Origin: Eubacteriales bacterium
GTDB lineage: Bacteria; Bacillota; Clostridia; Oscillospirales; CAG-272
Length of the DNA stretch: 47,078 nt
Direction: 5' to 3'
NCBI GenBank assembly: GCA_045652845.1
Contig: JAZOLJ010000002.1
Span: forward strand, 1 to 47,078
Below, piece by piece: positions 13,519 to 22,187 of this stretch (position 1 is its first letter; every line of letters starts with the position of its first letter). The position numbers and the translations under genes were made by a program. The notes below the pieces were generated by a model. The model searched no databases. It saw nothing but the letters and a program-made list of their open reading frames with translations, and was not told where the DNA came from.

Positions 13519-14604
13519 ATGAGAATTGAAGATATTGATAGAAATTTTGTCGTCGAATCCGACGTTACCGAGCCTGATCTTGTGTGGTTTAATGTCAAGG
13601 AGACGCCCTTTCGGATCTACGGCGTAGAGTTTGAGGAGGAACAGGGGTGCTTTACCCGTGTGCCCGGAGCTGCGGCGGAGCTTGTTCCCGGTATCCTTGG
13701 CGCGCGTAAGTTAACCGCAGGCGGCCGCGTACGCTTTAAGACCGATTCCTCCTATATTGCTATCAAAGCGGTGATGAAAAGTATTGCGCCCATCTCTCAC
13801 ATGACCCAGCTCGGGCGCTCCGGCTTTGATCTGTATCAGAAAAAGCGCGGCAAGGACGTGTATTATTATTCCTTTATGCCGCCGATCGATATCACCGATG
13901 GGTATTCCTCCGGTAAAAGAACCGAAGGCAGGTATACCGATTACACCATCAATTTCCCCATTTATGACCGCGTGCTCGAGCTTTACGTAGCACTCAAAAA
14001 AGGCTCTCGCTTAAGTGCGCCCACACCCTATCGCGAGGAGAAGCCCGTGGTATTTTACGGCTCCTCGATCACGCACGGTGGTTGTGCCTCGCGCCCCGGC
14101 AACATTTATCCCGCGATGATCAGCCGTGAGCTGGATATCCATTATATCAATCTCGGCTTCTCTGGCAAGGCAAAGGGTGAGCCTGCTATGGCAGATTACG
14201 TGGCATCGCTTGATATGTCGGCGTTTGTGCTTGATTACGATCACAACACCCCCAGCGAGCAAAATCTCATTGACACGCACGAGCCCTTTTATAAAAAGGT
14301 GCGTGCGGCACATCCCGATATTCCGATCATTATGGTAACGGCACCCAATACAAAGCTGCAGGGTAACGTGAACTACGCCGGGCGCGGCTTCCTCTACAAC
14401 CGTCGCGATATCATTCGTAAGACTTATGAAAATGCAGTTGCCGCAGGTGATAAAAACGTATATTTTATCGACGGCCACACGCTCTTTGGCGGCAAGCATT
14501 GGGATTCTTGCACCGTTGACGGTACGCACCCCAACGACCTTGGCTTTTATCGCATGTCACAGGTGATCGGTAAGGTGTTAAAAAAAGCATTAAAAATGCA
14601 ATAA
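13519..14604 (+). CDS. SGNH/GDSL-type esterase with an N-terminal GxDLY beta-sandwich domain
   Basis: GFDLY motif in the N-terminal domain. SGNH blocks are FYGSSITHGG, GFSG, and DGTHPNDLGF near the C-terminus. ATG 13519 is preceded by GGAGA, and the ORF-track upstream extension lacks an RBS. Confidence 0.85.
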   Translation: MRIEDIDRNFVVESDVTEPDLVWFNVKETPFRIYGVEFEEEQGCFTRVPGAAAELVPGILGARKLTAGGRVRFKTDSSYIAIKAVMKSIAPISHMTQLGRSGFDLYQKKRGKDVYYYSFMPPIDITDGYSSGKRTEGRYTDYTINFPIYDRVLELYVALKKGSRLSAPTPYREEKPVVFYGSSITHGGCASRPGNIYPAMISRELDIHYINLGFSGKAKGEPAMADYVASLDMSAFVLDYDHNTPSEQNLIDTHEPFYKKVRAAHPDIPIIMVTAPNTKLQGNVNYAGRGFLYNRRDIIRKTYENAVAAGDKNVYFIDGHTLFGGKHWDSCTVDGTHPNDLGFYRMSQVIGKVLKKALKMQ

Positions 14605-14617
14605 TATGCCTATTGTA

Positions 14618-14664
14618 ACAATAAGCCCCGTGTATCTTGTAAAAGGATACACGGGGCTTATTGT
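14618..14664. terminator. 19-bp perfect hairpin between convergent genes (probable terminator, no clear U-tract)
   Basis: ACAATAAGCCCCGTGTATC / GATACACGGGGCTTATTGT with a 9-nt loop. It sits between the SGNH stop (14604) and the mecA stop (14730). Neither strand has a T-run after the stem. Confidence 0.45.
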
Positions 14665-14729
14665 CAGCTATAACTTTGCAAGACTTGGCATGGCAAAAGA
14701 TGCAAAAAAGTATCCGCATAGACTGTCGC

Positions 14730-15323
14730 CTATAGCTCTGCCAATATTTCTACAGCACGGCTGTTACAAAGCAGCTTGCCGTGCTCGGGTAGCATCAGCT
14801 CTGCCGCCTCGCGGCTTTCCATCTCACCGTATTCGGCAACGAAGGCGTAATCCTCGCGTGCCGTGAGAGGATCGCCCTGTTCAAGCAGAAAGAGCCAATA
14901 GCGGTGACAGTCATCAAGCCATGCGCGGCTCTCGCCGGCGTATTGTGCGGCACGCAACCGACGGCAAACGGCTATCAGGCTTGCCATGCCGTTAAAGCAG
15001 AAGGCAAGGCTGCGGCGCAGGGGCGGCACTGCATCCCTGGTCGCCCTATTGGCTGCACGATGCTTTTGTACTACCTCAATGCCCATTTTGGTAACAAAAA
15101 GCTCGCACCCTCCCTCGCGAGAGGGATACATTTGTATGTAAACCTTGTCGTCTGCGGCATCAAAGCCTGTTTCGTGCTTCATGTCGGTGAGGATCGCCTT
15201 AAAGGCGCGTCTTGTTGCGGTATCGGCATAATCGGCGGTGTCGGGGCAAAGGGCGTAGCGTGCGGTATCCTCGCGTGTGAGCATGATTTTTAATTTGTTG
15301 CTGCTGATCCTGATCCATTCCAT
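14730..15323 (-). CDS. mecA: Adaptor protein MecA (ClpC adaptor)
   Basis: N-terminus MEWIRISSNKLKIMLTREDTARYAL and ...KVYIQMYPSREGGCELFVTK resemble MecA-family proteins, and the size is about 197 aa. ATG 15323 is preferred over GTG 15332 because AAAGG lies upstream. Confidence 0.7.
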   Translation of the reverse strand: MEWIRISSNKLKIMLTREDTARYALCPDTADYADTATRRAFKAILTDMKHETGFDAADDKVYIQMYPSREGGCELFVTKMGIEVVQKHRAANRATRDAVPPLRRSLAFCFNGMASLIAVCRRLRAAQYAGESRAWLDDCHRYWLFLLEQGDPLTAREDYAFVAEYGEMESREAAELMLPEHGKLLCNSRAVEILAEL

Positions 15324-15350
15324 GGGGGTCACCGCCTTTCACTTGTTTTT

Positions 15351-15419
15351 ATAGCCGAAGAGAGCCGAACCCCAAAATATTGCGCCGAGAGGCTTATGCG
15401 TTCGGCTCTCTTCGGCTAT
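15351..15419 (-). promoter_or_regulatory. 20-bp perfect inverted repeat (29-nt loop) in the predicted mecA 5' leader
   Basis: ATAGCCGAAGAGAGCCGAAC (15351-15370) pairs with GTTCGGCTCTCTTCGGCTAT (15400-15419). It lies between a candidate minus-strand -10 (TATAAT, 15439-15444) and the mecA RBS. No U-tract on either strand. Confidence 0.5.
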
Positions 15420-15502
15420 CGCTCATCACAGTAGTATCATTATAAGCCAAAAGTGCGCTTCTGGCTACCCCTAAAATAATGGTAATTTTGTAGGCGCCGT
15501 CG

Positions 15503-15531
15503 TTGACTTTCGCTGTATACTATGATAGAAT
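15503..15531 (+). promoter_or_regulatory. Sigma-A-type promoter (extended -10) for the nuclease-helicase gene
   Basis: TTGACT (15503-15508), 17-nt spacer, TGaTAGAAT (-10 at 15526-15531). Confidence 0.6.
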
Positions 15532-15566
15532 ATAATTATAATATGCTATTAAGGGAGGTGCGCTCG

Positions 15567-17993
15567 GTGCGATATTCGACAGGGACTGCAGCCATAGAGC
15601 TTTCGGTGCGTGAGCTTTGCGCCATGGCGCACAAAAGCGGCAGCATTGATTGCCGTCACCCACATAAAAATCGCGATGCCATGCAAAAGGGCAGTGAGGC
15701 ACATCGCCGCTTGCAGGCAAAGCAGGGCGCCTCTTACCGTGCCGAGGTCACGCTTTGCAATACCACGCTCTATAACGGTATTTATTATACGGTAGAGGGT
15801 AGAGCCGACGGTGTGATCGAGGAGGGGAATACCGTTACGGTCGAGGAGATCAAAACGGTGCGCGGTCGCGGATTTTCGTTTGGCGCACGCGAGGATGCTT
15901 ACTCTCAGCTGCGCTGCTATGCGCATTTTCTTTGCGAAAGCCGTCATTTGTCGCGCATTCGCTTGCGCATGCGCCTTTTTGACCCTGAAAAGGATCTGGT
16001 GCGCGACAGCTACAGCGAAATGACCGCGGCTGATCTGCGTGCCTTTTATCATTCGCTCCTTGCACGCATTGAATATTTTGCGCGCTTTGAGGTCGCGCGT
16101 AAAACCGAATATATTCCCTCGGTTGAAGCCATCAAATTTCCCTATGACAATCCGCGAGAGGGGCAGACCGAGCTTGCCGAAGCAGTGTTTCGCGCCGTGC
16201 GGCGCGGCAAGCGTTTGTTTGCAGGTGCTCCTACGGGCATTGGTAAAACCATGTCCACGCTCTATCCCGCCGTTAAGGCATTGGGTGCCTCGCACTGCGA
16301 CCGTATTTTTTATCTTACCGCAAAGGCAAGCACACGCCGTGAGGCGTATGCCGCCGCAGGCAGGATCTTTGCTGCGGGCGCGAAGCTGCGCACCGTGATA
16401 CTTTACGCAAAGGAGCAGGTCTGCATCAACGAGGGGGGCTGTAAGCGCGGCAACGCTTCGCGCTGCAATCCCGACGAATGTCCCTTTGCGCGCGGGTATT
16501 ACGACCGTGTGGACGGTGCGCTGCAGGAGCTGCTCTCGCGCGGCAACGGCTTTCCGCGTGTGATCCTCGATGAGGTGGCAAAAAAGCATCGCGTTTGCCC
16601 TTACGAGCTCTCGCTTGATCTCTCGCTCTTTTGCGAGATCATTATTTGTGATTATAACTATGTGTTTGACCCCGCCGTTTACCTGCGCCGTTATTTTGAT
16701 GCGGTAGAGGGGGAGCGCGGCGCGTACGTGTTTTTGGTGGACGAGGCGCACAATGTCCCCGACCGCGCGCGCGATATGTATTCTGCGCGCCTTGCAAGTG
16801 AGCCGTTTGAGGCGGTATATGCGCGCGTTGACCCTGCCGACGGCAAGCTTGAGGCGGCACTTGGCGGCTTTTTGATGGCGATGCGTCGCATGGCGAGGCT
16901 TTGCGGCGAAAACAAGCAAAAGCATGAGGATGGGACCGAGAGCGGATACTATATCAATCGCGCACCTGCAGAGAGCTTTTGTGAGCAAGCGGAGCTTTGT
17001 CGCCGTGCGCTTGATGCGGTGTTGAAGGCAGAGCCCCTTCATCCCCTTGCAAACGAAATAGCCGATCTTAGCGCAGCCCTTCGCCGCTTTGGAGCGATTG
17101 CCGAATATTACGATGCACGCTTTCTTACCTATGCCGAGCTGGTGCACGGTCAATTTGCGATCCAGCTGTATTGTCTTGACCCTGCTGGTGTGCTGAACAC
17201 CGCCGCCGCACGTGCGCGCGCGGCAGTATTCTTTTCGGCAACGCTTACCCCGCTTGATTATTTCGTTGATGTGCTTGGTGGCGGCAAGGGGGCACTGACG
17301 CTGGCACTGCCATCCCCCTACGACCCGAAAAATCTTTTGGTTACCGTCGTGCCCTCAATCAGCACGCGCATGGAGGATCGCGAAAAATCCTATAAGCGCG
17401 TTGCCACCTATATTGCCGCAGCCGTGAGCGCGAGGGCGGGGAATTATATGGTCTATTTTCCTTCCTACGAGTATCTGAACCGTGTGTATGAAAAATTTTC
17501 CGCACGCTACGGGCAGGTAGAGTGCATTGTGCAGCACCCCGGCATGACCGCGCGTGAGCGCGATGATTTTCTTGCCGCCTTTAAGGCGGACGAGGGGCAT
17601 TTGCGCGTGGGCTTTTGGGTGCTTGGCGGCAGCTTTTCGGAGGGCGTGGATCTGCCCGGCAGTCGCCTCATTGGCAGTGTGATCGTGGGTGTGGGGATCC
17701 CGGGGATTTCAAACGAGCGCAATATTTTGCGTGACTACTATGAAAACAAATGCGAGCGCGGCTACGATTATGCCTACACCTATCCCGGCATGAATCGCGT
17801 GCTGCAGGCGGCGGGTCGCGTGATTCGCCGCGAGGAGGATAGGGGCATTGTGGTGCTGATCGACAGCCGCTATGCCGAGGAGCCGTATCTCCACCTTTAT
17901 CCACCGCACTGGCAGGATATTACAGCGGCAGGGGATGCCGCCTCGCTTGCACATCGCGTTGCCTGCTTTTGGAACGAAAAAAAGAACGAATAA
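15567..17993 (+). CDS. XPD/Rad3/DinG-family Fe-S DNA helicase with an N-terminal PD-(D/E)XK (RecB/Cas4-like) nuclease domain
   Basis: Nuclease motifs: GSEAHRRLQ, GRADGV, VEEIKT, YSQLRCYAHF (QxxxY). Helicase motifs: GAPTGIGKT (Walker A) and VDEAHNV (DEAH, 16740-16751). Cys cluster: QVCINEGGCKRGNASRCNPDECPF...HRVCPYE. C-terminal motif: QAAGRVIRRE. GTG 15567 is preceded by AAGGGAGG. The ORF-track ATG 15522 lies inside the promoter. Confidence 0.85.
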   Translation: MRYSTGTAAIELSVRELCAMAHKSGSIDCRHPHKNRDAMQKGSEAHRRLQAKQGASYRAEVTLCNTTLYNGIYYTVEGRADGVIEEGNTVTVEEIKTVRGRGFSFGAREDAYSQLRCYAHFLCESRHLSRIRLRMRLFDPEKDLVRDSYSEMTAADLRAFYHSLLARIEYFARFEVARKTEYIPSVEAIKFPYDNPREGQTELAEAVFRAVRRGKRLFAGAPTGIGKTMSTLYPAVKALGASHCDRIFYLTAKASTRREAYAAAGRIFAAGAKLRTVILYAKEQVCINEGGCKRGNASRCNPDECPFARGYYDRVDGALQELLSRGNGFPRVILDEVAKKHRVCPYELSLDLSLFCEIIICDYNYVFDPAVYLRRYFDAVEGERGAYVFLVDEAHNVPDRARDMYSARLASEPFEAVYARVDPADGKLEAALGGFLMAMRRMARLCGENKQKHEDGTESGYYINRAPAESFCEQAELCRRALDAVLKAEPLHPLANEIADLSAALRRFGAIAEYYDARFLTYAELVHGQFAIQLYCLDPAGVLNTAAARARAAVFFSATLTPLDYFVDVLGGGKGALTLALPSPYDPKNLLVTVVPSISTRMEDREKSYKRVATYIAAAVSARAGNYMVYFPSYEYLNRVYEKFSARYGQVECIVQHPGMTARERDDFLAAFKADEGHLRVGFWVLGGSFSEGVDLPGSRLIGSVIVGVGIPGISNERNILRDYYENKCERGYDYAYTYPGMNRVLQAAGRVIRREEDRGIVVLIDSRYAEEPYLHLYPPHWQDITAAGDAASLAHRVACFWNEKKNE

Positions 17994-18026
17994 TTCATAA
18001 AATATTATGTTTTTTGCAATTTTTTG

Positions 18027-18055
18027 TTGCAATTCTTGCGAAAATGTGCTATACT
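18027..18055 (+). promoter_or_regulatory. Sigma-A-type promoter (extended -10) for the aminotransferase gene
   Basis: TTGCAA (18027-18032), 17-nt spacer, TGcTATACT (-10 at 18050-18055). Confidence 0.65.
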
Positions 18056-18136
18056 GTTTAACAATGACGGCGAAATTTGCAATTTTCGAATTTTTCTCAT
18101 GCGAAAACGCCGTATTTCATAAGAAGGAGAACTACC

Positions 18137-19420
18137 ATGAACTATACCAAGATGAGCAACGCCGAGCTGCAAAAGGAGCTCGCCGCGCTGCAAGCAGAAT
18201 ACAAGGCATACTGCGCCAAGGGCCTTTCTCTCGATCTTTCTCGCGGCAAGCCCGGCAGCAAGCAGATCGATCTTGTAACCGATATGCTGACCTGCCTCAA
18301 AACCCCTGCCGATTGCAAGTCCTCAAACGGCTTTGATAACCGTAACTACGGCGTGCTTGACGGCATTCCCGAGGCAAAGCAGCTCTTTTCCGATCTTTTG
18401 GGCATTCCCGCCGCAAGCATTATCGTTGGCGGTAACTCCTCTCTCAATCTCATGTACGATGCAATGGCGCGTGCCATGCTCTACGGCGTTGTGGGCAGCC
18501 CCCGTCCTTGGGTGCGTGAGGAGAAGGTAAGGTTCATTTGCCCCGTACCCGGCTACGACCGTCACTTTGGCGTATGCCAGTCGCTTGGTATTGAGATGAT
18601 CAACGTTGCCATGACCCCAACCGGCCCCGATATGGCTGTGGTTGAGGAGCTGGTAAAGGATCCTGCCGTGAAGGGTATCTGGTGCAATCCCAAGTACTCC
18701 AACCCCGACGGTATCACCTATTCCGTGGAAACGGTAAAGCGTCTTGCCGCAATGAAGACCGCCGCGCCCGATTTCCGTATTTTCTGGGATAACGCTTACG
18801 TGGTGCACGATCTCTACATGCCCGAGGGCAACGATACGCTCTACGACATCTTTGAGGCTTGCCGCGAGGCAGGGAACGAGGATCGCGTATTCTACTTTGC
18901 CTCCACCTCCAAGATCTCCTTCCCCGGCGCCGGTCTTGCGATGGTTGCCGCATCCGATGCAAACATCAAGCAGATCAAGTCTATCATGGGCTCGCAGACC
19001 ATCGGCTTTGACAAGCTCAATCAGATCCGTCACGTGCGCTACTTCAAGACCGCAGAAAACATGATGGCGCACATGAAGGCGCTTGCCGATATCATCCGCC
19101 CCAAGTTTGAGGTGGTCGACCGCATCCTCAACGAGGATCTTGGCGGCACCGGCACCGCACACTGGACCAGCCCCCGCGGCGGTTACTTTATCAGCCTTTA
19201 TACCATGAAGGGCTGTGCAAAGCGCGCATTTGCCCTTTGCAAGGAGGCAGGCGTGACCCTTACCACCGTTGGTGCGACCTACCCCTACGGCAAGGACCCT
19301 GACGACAGCAACATCCGCATTGCGCCCACTTACCCCTCGGATGAGGATCTTGAGGCAGCCATGCGCGTGCTGACCCTTTGCGTGAAGATCGCAGCAGTAG
19401 AAAAGCTGCTGGCAGCTTAA
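18137..19420 (+). CDS. PLP-dependent aminotransferase (class I/II fold; aspartate-aminotransferase-like family with an N-terminal coiled segment)
   Basis: AAGGAGA RBS before ATG 18137. [17 protein letters not shown]...[17 protein letters not shown] is an N-terminus I associate with the PF12897-type Asp-aminotransferase family. [11 protein letters not shown] contains the likely PLP lysine. Confidence 0.75.
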   Translation: MNYTKMSNAELQKELAALQAEYKAYCAKGLSLDLSRGKPGSKQIDLVTDMLTCLKTPADCKSSNGFDNRNYGVLDGIPEAKQLFSDLLGIPAASIIVGGNSSLNLMYDAMARAMLYGVVGSPRPWVREEKVRFICPVPGYDRHFGVCQSLGIEMINVAMTPTGPDMAVVEELVKDPAVKGIWCNPKYSNPDGITYSVETVKRLAAMKTAAPDFRIFWDNAYVVHDLYMPEGNDTLYDIFEACREAGNEDRVFYFASTSKISFPGAGLAMVAASDANIKQIKSIMGSQTIGFDKLNQIRHVRYFKTAENMMAHMKALADIIRPKFEVVDRILNEDLGGTGTAHWTSPRGGYFISLYTMKGCAKRAFALCKEAGVTLTTVGATYPYGKDPDDSNIRIAPTYPSDEDLEAAMRVLTLCVKIAAVEKLLAA

Positions 19421-19428
19421 TTTATTAA

Positions 19429-19464
19429 AAAACATCCGCAGCTCGCGTGGGCTGCGGATGTTTT
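19429..19464 (+). terminator. Rho-independent terminator
   Basis: Stem AAAACATCCGCAGC / GCTGCGGATGTTTT with an 8-nt loop, running into TTTT. Confidence 0.8.
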
Positions 19465-19491
19465 CGAAATGTAAGAAAAACAGGGGGCTGG

Positions 19492-19520
19492 TTGCATTTG
19501 ACCAAGGAAAATGCTATAAT
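19492..19520 (+). promoter_or_regulatory. Sigma-A-type promoter for the radical SAM gene
   Basis: TTGCAT (19492-19497), 17-nt spacer ending TGC, TATAAT (19515-19520). Confidence 0.7.
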
Positions 19521-19553
19521 AAAAGCAGAAAAATTGCCCGGGGGAAGTAAAGC

Positions 19554-20528
19554 ATGAATAAGATGACACAAGCAGAGCAAAACCCCTTTCGCTATACCGA
19601 TAGCAATAAACGCTATCACACCTACGACTATTATCTGCGCCATGCGTTTGGCGGCAAGGTGGCAAAGCTGACCATTGACGGTGGCTTTACCTGCCCGAAT
19701 ATTGACGGCACCTGTGGCACGGGCGGCTGCCTTTACTGCGGCGGAAACGGCAGCGGTTATTTTACCGCGCCTGCCTCGCTTTCCGTTACCGCCCAGTATC
19801 AACACCAGCGCACGCTGGCTGCAAGCAAATGGAAGCCACAAGGGTACATTCCGTATTTTCAAGCACACACCAATACCTACGCCCCGAAGGAGCGCTTGCA
19901 GGCGCTTTTTGAGGAGGCACTGGCACAGCCCGATGCAGTGGGTCTGAATATTGCGACCCGTGCAGATTGTCTGCCCGATGACGTGCTTCATTATCTTTCG
20001 GAGCTTTCGGAGCGCACGGTGCTAACGATTGAGCTGGGGCTGCAGACCGTGCATGACAGCACCGCTGCACAAATCAACCGCGGACATAGCTATCGGGTCT
20101 TTGAGGAAGCCTTTAAAAGGATCCGTAAAAAAGCACCCCGTGCGCGCATCGGCGTGCATTTGATTTTTGGCCTGCCCGGTGAAACGCGCGAAATGATGCT
20201 GGAGAGCGTGAGGCAGGTGGCGGCACTCCACCCCGACGAGGTGAAGCTGCATTTGCTGTACGTGATCATCGGTGCGGCGCTCTCGGACCTATATCTTTCG
20301 GGGGAATACAAGCCGCTTGAGCGCGAGGCGTATATTGAGCTTGTGGTGCGCGCGCTTGAGCTTTTGCCGCCCGACGTGGTGCTTGGTCGCTTGACGGGTG
20401 ACGGTGCTGCGGGAGAGCTGCTCGCTCCGCTTTGGAGCCGCGCAAAGCTGACGGTGCTCAATGATATTGACACCATGCTTTTTGAGGAGAATACTTGGCA
20501 GGGGAAATACTATCAAAAGCAAAACTGA
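19554..20528 (+). CDS. TIGR01212-family radical SAM protein (YtqA/YhcC-like)
   Basis: KLTIDGGFTCPNIDGTCGTGGCLYCG is the characteristic CPN-DG-x-GGC-x-C cluster of this family. About 320 aa. Confidence 0.85.
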   Translation: MNKMTQAEQNPFRYTDSNKRYHTYDYYLRHAFGGKVAKLTIDGGFTCPNIDGTCGTGGCLYCGGNGSGYFTAPASLSVTAQYQHQRTLAASKWKPQGYIPYFQAHTNTYAPKERLQALFEEALAQPDAVGLNIATRADCLPDDVLHYLSELSERTVLTIELGLQTVHDSTAAQINRGHSYRVFEEAFKRIRKKAPRARIGVHLIFGLPGETREMMLESVRQVAALHPDEVKLHLLYVIIGAALSDLYLSGEYKPLEREAYIELVVRALELLPPDVVLGRLTGDGAAGELLAPLWSRAKLTVLNDIDTMLFEENTWQGKYYQKQN

Positions 20529-20535
20529 ATTTGCC

Positions 20536-20567
20536 GTGGTGACGGGTGATGCCGTCACCACTTTTTT
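20536..20567 (+). terminator. Rho-independent terminator
   Basis: Stem GTGGTGACGG / CCGTCACCAC followed by TTTTTT. Confidence 0.85.
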
Positions 20568-20649
20568 ATATTTTTTTACCGCCAAACAGCTTTTTTTATG
20601 AAAAACGCGTATTTTTTCAAAAAAATATCAAAAAATTTGTTTTAGGGTA

Positions 20650-20679
20650 TTGACAAAAGGGAGAAAAACATCTTATAAT
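20650..20679 (+). promoter_or_regulatory. Sigma-A-type promoter of the dcw (mraZ) operon
   Basis: TTGACA (20650-20655), 18-nt spacer, TATAAT (20674-20679), preceded by an AT-rich UP-like tract. Confidence 0.7.
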
Positions 20680-20685
20680 AGACAC

Positions 20686-20721
20686 AAGTGGTAAGAAATG
20701 GGGCGAAATGTTATGAAATGT
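20686..20721 (+). promoter_or_regulatory. Four 10-bp-phased direct repeats (AAGTGG, AAATGG, AAATGT, AAATGT): candidate MraZ operator
   Basis: Repeats start at 20686, 20696, 20706 and 20716, between the -10 and the mraZ RBS. Confidence 0.45.
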
Positions 20722-20758
20722 TAAGCCCATCCACAAAAAGGGAAGGAGGAACGCAATT

Positions 20759-21205
20759 ATGCTGTCCGGCGAATACCGTCATTCTCTCGATGCCAAAAAT
20801 CGCGTTTCCGTTCCCGCTAAGCTACGCGATGAACTGGGCGAGGATTTTATGATCGTGCGCAGTGTGCGCGGAAACTGTCTGCGCTTTTATTCCGCTACGG
20901 CTTGGAAAGAATATATTGAGCCCTTAAAAAAGCTGCCCCGTAAGGTGGCAGAGGATACCTTTTGGTTTCTGTACCGTGATGCGGCACAGGTCACGCCCGA
21001 CTCGCTCGGTCGTGTGCTGATCCCCAACGGCCTTCTCGAGTTTGCGGGTGTTGCAACCAAAGCGGATGAAGGGAATAACAGAAGCCTTGTGATCGTCGGC
21101 TGCGGCGATTTCGGTGAGATCTGGTCCGAGCAGAATTACGATGCACGCGTTTCGAGCATTGACGTAGATGCCATTCGCCGTGCGCTTGAAGAAAGCGGAC
21201 TTTAA
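20759..21205 (+). CDS. mraZ: Transcriptional regulator MraZ
   Basis: [23 protein letters not shown]...GRVLIP: the duplicated SpoVT/AbrB-like MraZ signature. First gene of the dcw cluster. Confidence 0.95.
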   Translation: MLSGEYRHSLDAKNRVSVPAKLRDELGEDFMIVRSVRGNCLRFYSATAWKEYIEPLKKLPRKVAEDTFWFLYRDAAQVTPDSLGRVLIPNGLLEFAGVATKADEGNNRSLVIVGCGDFGEIWSEQNYDARVSSIDVDAIRRALEESGL

Positions 21206-21206
21206 T

Positions 21207-22145
21207 ATGGCACAGGAATTTTCTCACCGCTCGGTACTGCTTGATGAATGTATCGAGGGGCTTGCCATCAAGGCGGATGGCATATACGTGGATGGCACCG
21301 CAGGTGGCGGCGGCCATTCCTATCACATTGCAAAAAGGCTGACAAGCGGCAAGCTTGTTGCCATTGACCGTGACGAGGCGGCTATTGCCGCCGCAACTGC
21401 GCGACTTTCCCCCTTTTCAGAGCGCGCAGCCGTATATCGCAGTAACTTTTCCGAGGTGAGTGAGGTGCTTGATGCCCTCGGCATTGACAAGATCGACGGT
21501 ATGCTTCTTGATCTTGGCGTTTCCTCTCACCAGCTCGACACGGCCGAGCGCGGATTTTCCTATCAGGCTGACGCATTACTTGATATGCGTATGGATCGCC
21601 GTTCGGAAAAGACTGCATATACGGTGATCAACACCTACTCCGAGCAGGAATTAAAAGATATTCTTTTCACCTACGGTGAGGAGAGGTTTTCTGCCCGTAT
21701 TGCCAAAAAAATCGTGACCGAGCGCGAAAAGGCGCCCATTAAAACCACCAAGGAGCTTTCCGATATTATTAAAAGCGCAATGCCTGCATCTGCGCGCGAG
21801 GGGGGGCACCACCCCGCCAAGCGCTCCTTTCAGGCGATCCGTATTGAGGTAAACGGAGAGCTTGATGCCATCGTCCCCGCCTTGAAGGGGGCAATTGCCC
21901 GCATGAACAAGGGTGGGCGACTTGCCGTTATCACCTTCCATTCGCTGGAGGATCGCATTGTAAAGCAGACCTTTGCTTCACTTGCCGAGGGGTGCAAATG
22001 CCCCAAAAGCCTGCCGATCTGCGTTTGCGGCAACAAGCCGCAGGTGAAGGTCATTACCAAAAAACCGATCCTGCCGAGCGAGGCGGAGCTTGCAGAAAAT
22101 CCGCGCTCTCGCAGTGCAAAGCTGCGTATTGCAGAAAAGCTCTGA
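21207..22145 (+). CDS. rsmH: 16S rRNA (cytosine1402-N4)-methyltransferase RsmH
   Basis: [13 protein letters not shown]...[25 protein letters not shown] 21207 immediately follows the mraZ stop. Confidence 0.95.
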   Translation: MAQEFSHRSVLLDECIEGLAIKADGIYVDGTAGGGGHSYHIAKRLTSGKLVAIDRDEAAIAAATARLSPFSERAAVYRSNFSEVSEVLDALGIDKIDGMLLDLGVSSHQLDTAERGFSYQADALLDMRMDRRSEKTAYTVINTYSEQELKDILFTYGEERFSARIAKKIVTEREKAPIKTTKELSDIIKSAMPASAREGGHHPAKRSFQAIRIEVNGELDAIVPALKGAIARMNKGGRLAVITFHSLEDRIVKQTFASLAEGCKCPKSLPICVCGNKPQVKVITKKPILPSEAELAENPRSRSAKLRIAEKL

Positions 22146-22187
22146 TCACACGTTTCTTACTGAATTTTTCAAAAAGGAGGCTGCATC

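Noticed and set aside
15351-15419. CCGAAC...GTTCGG within the mecA leader repeat as a possible LexA/SOS box next to the helicase gene
   Set aside because: Firmicute LexA boxes are CGAAC-N4-GTTCG. Here the half-sites are 29 nt apart and form part of a 20-bp stem. No other SOS-box-like sequence was seen upstream of the helicase, UDG or topB genes.
15549-17153. 534-aa minus-strand ORF opposite the nuclease-helicase gene
   Set aside because: The sense frame has Walker A, DEAH and Fe-S motifs in the correct order. The antisense product has none and has an Arg/Ala/Cys-rich composition.
18323-19435. 370-aa minus-strand ORF opposite the aminotransferase, and the 376-aa ORF at 36214-37344 opposite the first lipoprotein gene
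   Set aside because: Same reasoning as above. The sense frames carry family motifs (PLP-lysine region, MBL ligand set) and proper RBS and promoter signals, and the antisense frames do not.
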